Below are positions 38,701 through 50,700 of a stretch of DNA of 64,000 nt, in pieces (within the stretch, counting starts at the first letter, position 1; every line of letters begins with the position of its first letter). Made by a program: the position numbers and the translations under genes. Where the stretch lies: positions 186,001 to 250,000 of the forward strand of contig DF236984.1 in the NCBI GenBank assembly GCA_000708835.1, in the 5' to 3' direction. The stretch is from Klebsormidium nitens (lineage: Eukaryota; Plantae; Klebsormidiophyceae). The notes beneath the pieces were generated by a model. It was given only the letters and a program-made list of their open reading frames with translations. It searched no databases and had not been told where the DNA came from.

Positions 38701-39814
38701 GCGAGGCTCCAAGTATCAAAGGACTTGTGACCGAAAGATGGGAGCAGATTATGCAACTCATACTACTTCTTTTAAGTACCACGCAAACGGCTTCCAGTTG
38801 GTCATTGCTGATTCTCGAAGCGGCCAAAGTATGTGAGAATCCTATCGGAGCGATCAACTTTTGCAATAGAGGTGAGCCCAAGTGCCCAACAATGTTTGCA
38901 GCCCGCTAACACGGAAATCTACACCAATCTTCCTAGTACAGGATGTGCAGTTGCTCAGTTGAGCAAGATGGTAACGGTGATGGATAATTCCTACACCCCT
39001 AGACTTGATACTGCCATTTTCCCTCAGCAACAGAGCTACCTCCACATGCTGAAAGATGGGCATACACTTTCTCCGGCTTGCCAGCTGCTACTGAAATGCA
39101 TGGCCCTGTCCACGGAGTTTGCCAGCTGTTCAACTAGGCAGCTTCCTTGGTGCATTTCAAAGTAAATATGCTCTGGTAACGGTTTGCATAGACCTCCGTC
39201 GCCACAGCCGGCATGCGCCCAGCCCCCAATCTGTCGCTAGCTACAGCGTCCTACCGCCAGCAGTATTGCTACCAGAGGTACAGAACATCCGCATCTGCTA
39301 AACTAGCGGTCCAACCGCGGCACTGCTTGCGGCTGACTCTCCAAGGACAACCTAATTAACGCCGCCATCCTAATCAGCTTTGCCTTATCCAGGCATCTGG
39401 CAATCTTCCAGGGCGCAGCGGCGCTCTGCTTCCTAACCCCAACAAACTCTTGGCTTGTCTTTCATGCGGACTGCAGGAAGGCCGGTACCAGCAGACCTTT
39501 AGAGGCAGGGCCCCCGCCCCTTGTGTGCACCTTTGAATTGACCATTGCCGCCTGCTTCTTGCTCGGTCCCTCAACAGGCTTCTTTGACTTAGGAGCTGTC
39601 TCACTTTTCCCCTGCCACCAGCATCTCAACGACCATGCCCAGGTATGCGTGCTATTCCGAAAAACAAATGCACAGACCACAAAAAAATACAACCGCCGCA
39701 AGACAATCAGACCGCCGCCCGGCTCACCTTTCCTGTCCTCTTCAGATGTGCTGCGTATGCCTTCACAAACTCATGGGACTGCACGTCCTTGACGGTCTTC
39801 GCCGTGGCCGCCAT
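35779..39814 (-). CDS. RPS19: 40S ribosomal protein S19 (eS19)
   Basis: Exons 39814-39728, 38517-38361, 36564-36447, 35917-35779. [79 protein letters not shown]. Confidence 0.97.
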
Positions 39815-40310
39815 GGCGGAAGCACCTGCGCCCTGACCCGTGAACGTCCTTAGCGCAGAAAGAGGACGAGGGAGACCGTTCCGGCCAGCCAAGTAAAACC
39901 GGGAAGGGGTTTGCGCGCCGCCGTAAACCAGACCTTCAACCACCTTCAACCGGGGCACGAGATGCAAAACTCAAACCCTGTCGTTAGTGTGTATTCCCAG
40001 ATAAGGCTCCCGGATCAAAACCCAAACAGTTTTGGATGACCGGGTTAGCTTGTAATCCGCAATGGTAGCGCCACCAAGGCTAGGGTTTTGCAGAAGGCTG
40101 CTTGGGAGCTTGCTAGCATTTCTCTTTTGCGAAAGCTTGTTCTTGACAAGGCTTGTTCGTCTGTGCTCTGTCAACTTTCAAGTTGCAGGTGCAAGCGAGC
40201 TGCTTTGCGACAATGTTTCGTGCACATCAGAGGTTCTCCTGATCAACCAAGCACGCAGACAAAACTTGCAATTGATTGACAAGTTGGTGGCGGTGCGCCC
40301 ATTGGTAGCT
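39815..40310. promoter_or_regulatory. Divergent RPS19/prenyl synthase promoter region with a telo-box at 40081-40088
   Basis: Head-to-head genes; exact TAGGGTTT. Telo-boxes are typical of plant ribosomal protein promoters. Confidence 0.55.
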
Positions 40311-43300
40311 ATGAATATTGTGGCACGGTTGGGTCGAGGATTCTTGCGCGCTAACGTGCAGGTAAGGGTTCAAAGAATCTGCCTTATTCACTGTGGTGGG
40401 AACACAGATCTTGAGCTCTCAGCTATCTGAGTGAAGTTGCCTTTGGCAAGAAGGCTAGTCTATTTTTGTTCATGTTCCTCACAATTGAAATCTTGATGAC
40501 TCAATTTTATGTGTGGTTGTTCACTTCGCCAGCATCAGGCAAGTCAAGGCAGCAATGATGGTGTATATGGTTTACAAGTGCGCAATGCTGAGATGAAAGC
40601 ACTTCAGTTTTACAAATCTCCGGTAGCACTTTACGCCTCTACATGAACAATCTCGTTATAAGGTGGTTGCTGTGTTAGATCCTCTCAACCTGAAGATTTT
40701 AAAAGCGACAGGAGTCTGGGAGCTGTGTACGTTCTAAGTTGTTTGATGCACAAGAATCCAGATCAAAGCTCATCCGTTTGTGAGAAGAATCAGGCATTGG
40801 AAGGGGCTAAGAAAAACAGAGCTATTCTTTCTCCTACTGCAGGCACTGGATAGCACTGTGCGAAGCCTGCCACATCTTGCAAATCTCCTGCCTGTGCTTC
40901 CCACCACCACACTCCCTGAAACCAACCGCCCCGTCCCTCTGAGAACCGACGACAGCGAAGCATCCTGCAGCAACCGAGAAACAGAGTCCTTGCACAAGTC
41001 ATCTGTTGAGGATCTGACTTGGGGTGTCAGGCAGAGTGAGTACGGTGGAAGGCATAGAGGACAGTATAGCCCAGAAACGACAAGATGGATGTCAAGCGTG
41101 CCGGTTTCGGTGGACGAAACCGAGGGGAGTGGACAAGTAGAGCGGGTAAGTTGCACATATGTCAAGTAGCTTCTATTGTGGCTAGACTGATTTTTGTGAA
41201 AAGTCTACAATCTTCACTATCTCGCCGTGCTTTGACTGCTCAGAAGCCATCACCGCGTTGGTTTTTAAGCAAGCCAGCCTCCTTGCCGATAAGAAAGCAC
41301 CCGATTGAGTCTCGTAGTTGATCGTCAAGGTACTGTTCGCGGCAAGCCTTCAACTTTTTGCAACTCGGCTCCCTGCCTTTTCATCACCTATCGAATCTGC
41401 AATTACACCTTCGGACAGACCTGACTGGCTTTGTCAAACCTTTAGCTCACCATGTGCAGATTCGTGGCAATTGCATAAGATTTGAGCTTTTGTATTCGAG
41501 CAGACTCGTAGACAAGGCTTGAGTACCGAGCTTTTATTGCGACTCGGGGCGGGGCGCAACGCTTGCGTCGGTTCAGATTCTCGAGGATCTTGCCAGAGTC
41601 TTCGAAATTACAGGACTTGGATTTGGAAGTTTGCAAATTCAAAGGTCCTCGAGTTTCACGAGTGCCAAATAATCGGTTATGCAGTTCCAGACAGAAGCGG
41701 TGGATCCCTTCTCCCTGGTGGCGGATGAGCTGGCTCAGCTGGGGGCGAAAATGAGAGACATGGTCGCAACCGAAGTCCCAAAATTGGCTCAGGCGGCCGA
41801 GTACTTTTTTCGGATGGGGGCAGAGGGGAAGCGTTTCCGACCAACGGTGAGCCGGCTGTAAGCTCATCCTGTGCAACTGTGCAACTGGCACTAATGGGAG
41901 TAAGAATAGTTGGTGCGTCAAAAACATGCGGTTGTAAAGGGCCGTCTCTAGGATGCGTTGTGGCGACGATGAGATTATTGGACCCCTTCCTTTTGAAAAA
42001 TCGGAAGTGGAAAGTTTGGAGCCGTGCTAAACTACACAGCGAATGGCAAGTTATTCAAGGTCGTTCTTTACACCCTTCGAATCGCAAACAGGGTCCCTCT
42101 GAGCAGTCTGGTTGTACTCCAACGACCTGAGAGGTTTCACATCCTGGCAGAGCTTGTTGTTCAATCACACTTTCGAGAATGTTGAAAGTGGAGAATGTCT
42201 TGTTCCATCATTAGCAAGGGGCTCTGGCAGACTTTCGTGCACGTGTCTCCTCCATGTTCTGGAAGCAGAAAGCGGCTAGACTCTTTGTTTTGAGACGAGT
42301 TCAATCTATGTGAAGCTCTCTTTTCAACCCTGATCGGGTGTTATCGTTGTTGAAGGTACTTTTGCTGATGGCGACAGCTGTCTCCACGTCAATACCGGGG
42401 AGTACCCTCGCTGCCGAGGCGCAAAGCATCCGCGATCGGCAACGGCGGATTGCTGAAATCACGGAGATGATACATGTGAGTTTCGAGGCGTTTTGAGTTT
42501 CTATCGAGTGGCGGAGTCGCCAGTGGAAGGTTTGCCGATCTTGCTTGTACTACATGGTAGGAAGATACGTTATTATGTTTGAAATTAGAACGAATCCCTG
42601 CAGAGCTGCTCGAACCGCTTAAGCCATAAGGTCTACTGCGAAGGAGCATCTTCCAGTGGATGTTTCTTCCCTGGCTTTCCTCGTCCGAGTCTTCGTTAGG
42701 TGCAGCAAATGACAATACTTCGCTCATTAAGGCTGCTCTTATTCAATTCTCTCCGTTCACCATCTGCCTAGCTACTTCGATTTGTCCGGACAAGTTTCAA
42801 TTGCCCTTGGAACGCTGTCTACTCCGAGTTTGAAAGTGTTACTTTTTTGACTTGCTTCAGAGTGTCTGACAGCATTCCAGTTGATCTGATTGCTTCGCTT
42901 ATAGTCGTTTGACGCTATAGATTGTTTGACAACATCCTAGTTGATCTGATTGCTTCGCTTCAGAGTTGTTGACGCTCATCATAGGACGGAACCCAAAGCA
43001 ACGGCCTGCGGTTCCCCTCAACCGCTTCAAGCGGCGAACTCGTCACACTCTCATTGCTTGGATACCTTGTCTTTCTTGTGAAACAACTGTGAATCTTCCG
43101 TCAAGCAATCAACAATTATCCCCGTTTACCCCTTCAGGTGGCGAGTTTGTTGCACGATGATGTTCTGGACTCTTCCGACACGCGACGGGGCATCAGCTCG
43201 CTGAACTTTCTGATGGGGAACAAGCTGGCGGTTCTGGCTGGGGACTTTCTGCTCGCGCGTGCGTCCGTAGCGTTGGCATCCTTGCGAAACGTTGAGGTGA

Positions 43301-46192
43301 GGGCGTCAAACCCTTGGTTCTCGTTTCTTGCGGACTTTCCTTGACGATATGGTCGATCGTTGGTGTCTTGGTCCCCCGTTTCCAAGTGCGACGTTGCAGT
43401 GTTCCTAGGGCCGAAGATGACAAGAGACGTTTTCTGTCGTGCCTGTTTTGATGTGTTTCGTCTCATCGAGCCGCTTCCAAAGGTCTGCTGTTAGAGGTTG
43501 GACTGGAACGAAAGCAATTGGAGACATAGAAAGCACGATGCCTACGACCAAGAAGTCGCCGAGTCTCTTCGTAAAGCGGAGGCTAAAGGTCAGCAGAGGA
43601 GGGCCGATCAAAGGCCCTTGCTATTTTCAAGTAGTTGCCTTCTGTCTCGCAGATATTGGAGCATCTGGTTTCGCCCAGATCACAAACACGATGAGGATGC
43701 GAAGCCAACCTTTGCTACCCAAAAACCGACTTCCATTGAAAGCTTGCGAATGTGCTTACTAGGTGTGTGAGGTGCTGCCGGCAGCATGTGGTGGTGGGCG
43801 GGACCATAGATTTCTGCGAGTTTAAAATTCCTAGCTTCCGAAACCAAAATCCTAGCTTCCGAAACCTTGACCCCTTCACACTGATGGAGCCGCTGTTGCA
43901 CGCGCTGGAGCGCCCACGGTCGATCACTACATCAAGAAGACCGTGCATCCCGTAAGTAAAGAGTAAACTTGTCAATATCCCTCAGATTGCCTGTTATAAC
44001 GTCCTTAACCCCATCTGAACCCCTATCATAACCCGTTCCAGGTGATTGAGTTGCTGTCGCGCGTGCTGGAGCACCTGGTGTCGGGCGAGATCATGCAGAT
44101 GACGGGCGAGCCGGAGGCGCGCTGCAGCTTCGACTACTACATCAAGAAGACGTACAACAAGACGGCCAGCCTCATCGCCAACAGCTGCAAGTCGGTCGCG
44201 ATCCTCGGGGGCCAGCCGCCGGACGTTGCGGGGCTTGCGTACGACTACGGACGACATTTGGTGAGAACAATATAGCTCTTGCGTTTCTAGTTTCGAATCT
44301 TTGGAAAAGGTTTGGTCAGGTCAAGGTTACCGACAATTGCAAGTCGGTCGTTATCATTGGGGCCCAACCGCTGGATGCGCAGAGGTGCCGCACGACTACG
44401 GACGGCTCTTGGTAGAAAACCGGCTTTCGGATGTCGGTTCTGATTACAGAATAAACGCTGAAGTAATATCACCTGAGGGGTGAGAATCTACATGTGGTAT
44501 TCGGTCACCGAAGTTCATTACAAGAACGTAAGTCGGTTGCAAATGTTTGGGGCCAGGAGGTCCATCTCAAGGTTGCCTAGGTTCGTCGACTGGCCCAGCG
44601 GTGCGATTCTTTTCTCCGTCAACACACAACATTAAGCCAGCCAATCAGTGATCCACATCTCCAGCTGTCGACCAATATTTCAACGCGGAAATCGGCTTCC
44701 TAAACGCAGATCTCCTCTCGAGTTGTAGGGACTGGCGTTTCAGATCGTGGACGACCTTCTCGACTTCGTGGGCACCAGCCTGGTGTTGGGCAAGCCGGCA
44801 CTGGCCGACTTAAATCAGGTAAGCTCGTTGAGACAGCCTTACTTCAGCGCGCGTGCGCCAAAGTCAGGCTTTCCGCACGTTATCTTTCCGATCCTACCTT
44901 TTTTTCTGATCGTACGGGTTTGCGCTGGAGCAGCATTCCACTTCGGCGTCGATCCCTGGGGAACTTCTCGAACAAGTCGAGTTCGGTTTTGCTGCTGAAA
45001 GCTTCGAGTGCTTGTCAAGACTAGAGCCATGAGAGCGGCACGCTAGCTTGCGGCATTCCTTATGCACTTATGCACTTATGAACACCACTTAGACAGCATC
45101 TTCGTTTACCTCTACTTCCGTAATGAGCCGGCTGCTTAGGAAGCCGTTAGGACTAGTCCCTGCCCTGTTCGACTTCGCGTTTCTATAGGAGGAGCTTAGA
45201 GGATGTAGTGCATTCGTGTTTTTCTGTCGGACCGGATCCACTCTGCATCATCGACCAACCTTGCTTGGGGGCCTCACGCTTGGGGCAGACGCCCGGAGAA
45301 GTTGCTGTCAAGTTGCCTGAGCCAGACTTCAGGACGTGGTCGATGCCGTCAAGATGCTTGACCTGACAAGTGACGTTATCGCCGGTTTTTGGCAGGGCAT
45401 TGCAACGGCGCCGGTGCTGTTTGCGGCCGAGGAGTTCCCTATGATGGAAGACCTGATAAAGCGGAAGTTCGCTCGGAGCGGCGATGTTGAGCAGGTGAGC
45501 CAGGAAACTCTACGAAGCTTGAAACATTGAAATCTGCTGCGACGCGAAAACGAGGAACGATGGGCAGCACCCGGCAGCTGCCGGGTTCCAACATGCGGTA
45601 AATGCGAGACTTGTTTACGGAATTCTCAAACGGTTTCATAAACGAGGAGTTTGCAGCAGGTCTTTGTCCCCTACCTTCGTGCATTCGCTGCTTAGAGCTC
45701 AGATTAGCGCCTCACTGGCCACTCGTACTCCTAAGCTCACCCACGCAAGCACGAACGCTTTCTCAATGATGGATATGTTCAAGCTCTGTGCCGCTGCAAT
45801 AATTCATACAGCACTTCGAAAAGGCTGCGTCAGATCACCTCATGTCCTGATTGTTGCGACTTTAATTGCAAGAATCAGAATACATTTTTGTCCTGTCAAG
45901 GCGGCCCAATTTTGTCACTCACGCTAATTTTCGGCCCGTGCATCTTGGGCTAGAAGGAGATTGCAATTAATGGTGCGCCGTAGGGCTTGACTACTTTCAT
46001 ACGATCGTGCAGGCTCTTCAATGGGTACAACAAAGCAAGGGCTTGGAGCGGGCTCGAGAGCTGGCTGCGTATCACGCTTCGCAGGCAGTGCTGGCCATCG
46101 AAAGGCTTCCTCCTCCAGAGTCACAAGGGGCCGCACAAAGTCGACGAGCCCTCGTTGACCTCACACAACGGGTACTGACACGGAAAAAGTGA
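40311..46192 (+). CDS. Trans-long-chain prenyl (solanesyl/polyprenyl) diphosphate synthase, GPS1/SPS3 (Coq1-like) type, probably mitochondrial
   Basis: Exons 40311-40361 (start tentative), 40843-41145, 41685-41846, 42356-42475, 43138-43296, 44042-44260, 44729-44818, 45396-45494, 46013-46192. FARM ASLLHDDVLD..DTRRG, KTYNKTASLIA, SARM GLAFQIVDDLLDF, C-terminus RRALVDLTQRVLTRKK. Confidence 0.94.
43880..44560 (+). repeat. Degenerate copies of prenyl synthase exon 44042-44260 segments in both flanking introns
   Basis: ~43885-43955 echoes the exon start and actacatcaagaagac; ~44340-44415 echoes aagtcggtcg...cgactacggacg..ttggt; a third aagtcggt copy at ~44530. Confidence 0.75.
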
Positions 46193-47730
46193 AGCAGAAG
46201 TGGGCACGTGCGAGCGGAAGCTTATGTTTGGATGCACGCTCACAGTCAAGGTAACGGAGACAGTTGGGCGGGGTTACGCATCAGCTTATTTTTGCCTTAT
46301 TAGGTAAGTATTACAATCTGGTGGTTTATCCAGTTCATTGTATAGCTTCAGCTTTAAGCCTGCGCTTCTTGCCAAGAAAAGCTACTTGTGCGGCGGGCGG
46401 CGGGCTTGGCGGCTTGCGGATGTTCTCATGGTTGCACGGCATTCCTGGTATAGTGCATTCTGATTTGGCATGTGCATCTGCGCCAGGGCTGCCGCGAGAA
46501 CAGTTTCTTTCTAAGTTTGGAACTTCGGAAGAAAGAGGCGGCTGGCCAGCAGCGCAAGATGGTACTCATGGTCTGGCAAACTCACCTGAAGCATCCCAAC
46601 AAAAGGTGTTTCCACGATATGTATGCCCAGACATGCATCATGTCACTTGGCCGGCATGGCCGACGCCCGGCCGCGTTGCGACAGTACAATCTCCCTGCAC
46701 GCGGCAGTTACATGCAGATTGGCCGCGGGCGGCATGCAGTGCAGTGTCGGACCCGTGTGCACTGCGGCAGTCTTGACAGTGATCCGATCTTGCCATGTCC
46801 CAGAGCTAGATCCCTTCACGAGCGCGGGGCATGTTGCAACTTGCAACAGAGCATGATTAAGAATTCGAATGATGTTCCGTGGCGTCTAGATCTAGGCTCC
46901 GTTTATGCAAGTTCTGTTGTATCATGCATTAAAGTATCATTGTCGCCGCACCCGCACTAGCTCGCTGCGTGCGGGCGGCCCTCTACTTGTGCATGTAATC
47001 GCTATCGCGGTCCGACCGATATCAGGCTCGTGACGCGGGCACGGGGTATACTATGTTGAACAGCCTTCGTCCACCAGGGCCTCCGATGAGTCCTTCACTG
47101 CGCAATGGCTTGTAAATAGGTAGTTTGCGCAGCCCGGCGGCCGGCCCGGCGCGCCTATGTGCGCGAGCTCAGGCCAGGCCCGCGGCCGGGCCGCCCGCCC
47201 GGGTCGGACGCGGCCGCCCGGCCCACTAGCCGGCCGCCGCACGGCCGACGGAAACCCCGGCGCCAGGGCGGGGCGCCGATGTGCGTTCAGTTGCATTTTT
47301 CTGCTCAAGCCTGACGCTCATGACTTCTGCCCAGGACCACGCGTTTAAAACCCGTTTCAAAACGTCCCAGCTTAGCTTGCGTGGTCAAAAAAGCCATCTT
47401 GAAGGTCCGTTGAACTTAGCTGGACCAGATCTGCTGCAGTTCATCATGCAGCTCCGACGGGCTGCAGGAGAAACAGAAAAGTGACGTCAGTGTTCTGACC
47501 CTCAATCTAGCTGCAGCAAACAAAACGCCCTGAGTTGCGGCAACGAGACAGGAATGAACAAGGAAGGAGCCGCTTGCAGGGAGCAGGCTGAGGTTGCTGT
47601 GGCCCTTACAGATAGCGTGTCAGAGACGTGTAGCCCCAGAAAGGGGACACCAATATGCACTACCCCAGCTTGAAGCCTTGAAGCTGGCCCCTTGAAGAGA
47701 AAGCAACAACTTTGTAGCTAAAGAGGTGTC

Positions 47731-50700
47731 ATGTCGTGGGCGGACGTGGACGTCTTTCTGTGCCAAAGACATTGGCTCCAACCAAGCAACATTGCCGCGT
47801 TGCTAGGGCGGCTGGAGACATTTGTGGCCGTAAATGAGGATCCAGGGCGGAGCCCTTATTACAAAAACCAGGTGAGCTGGCTTCATGAGTGGAAAGTAGA
47901 GGGCATGAGGACATATATAGTAAAGCTCACCAGGATTTTTAAACATGTATACGGCTGCCCTTCATGAACGGCTGCCAAGAGTACAAAGCGGGACACTAGA
48001 TACTCCGCTTAATCAGGGGTGGCATCTTGCACCACCATTTCAAACACTCAGCCTCACAGGTTCAGGCTCATGATGATGACGAGTAAATCTGGGGCGTAGC
48101 TGCGGTGTGAAGCTAGGCACTAATGAGATCAAAATGACAGTCTAAACATTCAAGGGGATCTCACAAGTCGCTGGCCTTGGGCAGCGAATCCTTTTGCCAT
48201 GCTCTTTTTCAGATAGATAATCTTAGAAACGAGGAGACTACCTGAGTCTCGATCATGCAGCCAGGAAGGTGCTCAGAGCATGCAATCATCCTTTGCACTG
48301 AGCCCGCACTGATGCTAAATCTATTTTTGACCAGCTCTCCTAGAATTGCTGCTCGTAGCTCACTAATGATCTTATTAACGTAACTCTTACAGCATCCGCT
48401 TGATAGTCTCGTGAACGACTCGGACCTCAAGCTTCGCTTATTATATTTGCGCCGGAAGCCTCAACCTGTTCCAGATCCATCCCTCAGCTTTGTAGCTGAA
48501 TCGCAATTCTTTAGAATGCCCCGACGCTTGACCGCTCAAAATCGTATCCTTTGAAATCCATACCATCAGCAGCACCGAGTGAAGTCTTGCAACCTGAGCA
48601 AGCTCAACGAGATCTGCCCGCAATCCTCTGACACCAGATCTGCACATTCTTACAGCATGCTGACTCGCTCGACCGCCTGGTGTCGCTTCTCAAGGACCCG
48701 GGCATCGAGCAGCACCCGGGGCTGGCACTCGCAGCGCTGAAAGCGCTCAAAATACTCTCCCGAAAGACGTGTAATCACTCGGGTATGCGACGGGATGAGA
48801 AAAAGGACGGCAACGCGATTCAAGCCGTCCTCCGCTTTCTGCAGGTACGTAGACCCTTATGTTTTAACGGGAGTGCGGAAGTAAAAGTTTGCTTCAAAGT
48901 TCAACATCGGCGTGCACACGCAGGCTGGTGCATTAAGGGAGCAGTTCGCCAATGTAGGACATGACTTTTCTCACCTCGTTGATTGAAAAACCATCTGTGA
49001 AGACCTTGTCGCAGTTGCTTCCTTCCAATCTCACCCCCTCTACTTTCCCACCAGACAAAAGGCACCAAAATCGTGAAGCCCGGAACAGATGCTTGCCCGT
49101 CTCTTTCCAGTCTACCTACGGTTTTCGTTGAAAGTAACGTGCTTCGGCTTCTGATCAGTGCGTTTAGACGCCTTATCAGGAATATCTCAGAATCTTGTGT
49201 CGTGAGCACAGCCATGAAATGGAAGAATGCCGTTGGTCGCAATGATGATTTCCTTGGGAAAAACTCAAGCCTTCATCTGTGCAGGCTCCTGGGAAAGTAG
49301 ACGAGAGCATCGCGGCGGAGGCTGCAAACGTCCTTATGAATCCCTGCTTCGAAAAGGAGAACGTGGAGGTAGTGCTCCTGAACGAGGGCTGCATTCCACC
49401 AATGGTGAGCGTCGGCCAAACTTGCCGACGTTTTGTCACCTTCAACTTGAAAGGCCCTTGGCAGTCAAAGCTCCTTTGCTTTTGAAACTTCGCAGGGTTT
49501 GTCTTACCTTCATGAGTAGGGAGCTGGTAACTTCCTGCGAAGAGAACATGCGAAGCTCGAAGTGCGTTTGGGGCTCGGTTTTATTTCAGATGGCTCTGAT
49601 AATTAACTGCTTATTTTGCGTCACCCTGACGTAAGAGCGCGCTCAAGTGCAAAATCAAAGCCTCAAGAAACGTCACTGCTCTTTCTGTTACTGTAGACCT
49701 GAGCCTGACACACCCATGACGTCACCGTGGGCATCTGCTGGCGCCAACGTCGTCGCTGACGTCATCTTTGCAATCACTCTATTCTGCATCAGCATCACTA
49801 GCTAGTGCCCTGCCATCCTGCCAGGGTGACGTTTGACGGCTCGCTAACGTGACGTGTCGTGACGCATGCTTTGTAACGCCTTGCCGTCTTCCAAGGAAAC
49901 ACGCAGTGCCTTAACTGTGCTGTCAACCTGCTCAAGACATACTTTGAACGAGATCTGGGTCTGCCTATCTAAGCATTCAAGAAACTCGACGTTGATGCGG
50001 CGGATACCGGGCCATTAATGTCAGCCTTCTTAGAAGGTTCACGCCTTCTATGCGTAGGAGCCTTCGCTTCCAGACGCAGAGCCCTTGTTGGCGACCTTAC
50101 TCAAAGACTTACCCACATGAAGCTGCCCCTTCCGGTCGCCACCTTTGGGTGCCTTCGACAAGGGGACAAACGTTGTGTCCGGCGACCCTCGCGCCAATAT
50201 AAGCTGCAGGCTCGTTAAAGCTCGTCACCATAACCGTCCATGCCAGCGTCTTCTTGGGCGACTCCCGTGAGGTTTGGCGACCCGCTGAACCCGTTGCGAG
50301 TTTCTGCAGGTCGCCTTCTTGGGCGCGGCGGACGAGAACCTCCAGGCAAACGTGGCCGGCGTGCTGCAGAGCGTGTGATTCCCGAAAGACGGCTGTGGGC
50401 GACGCGTCGTGCGGGACGCAGAAGCGATTCCACCTCTAGTCGCTCTGTTGGCGTCTGAAAGCCTGAAGGTAAGGGTTGACAGGCTGCATTCACTTGGAAT
50501 TCACTTGTCTGAGGCGGACACTTTCTGAGAGGCCGAGTCACGCCAGAGCCTTTTTGATTGAAACGGAGGCTCAGGAGAGATTTTAAGCGGACGTATTGAG
50601 CGGGATACATGAGAACGATATATGTTCGCGGTTTTCTTCGCGGTTTCGAACAGCCAAGCGGTGGAATAATCCTGCAGCAAGCAATAGATGTAGGTGAGGG

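Noticed and set aside
36565-39727. Intronic snoRNAs in RPS19
   Set aside because: A TGATGA/CTGA pair (~38123-37991, minus) lacks a terminal stem and a recognisable rRNA guide.
42850-42965. 60-bp tandem duplication in a prenyl synthase intron (also a 21-bp one near 43850)
   Set aside because: Ordinary slippage repeats, unrelated to exon sequence.
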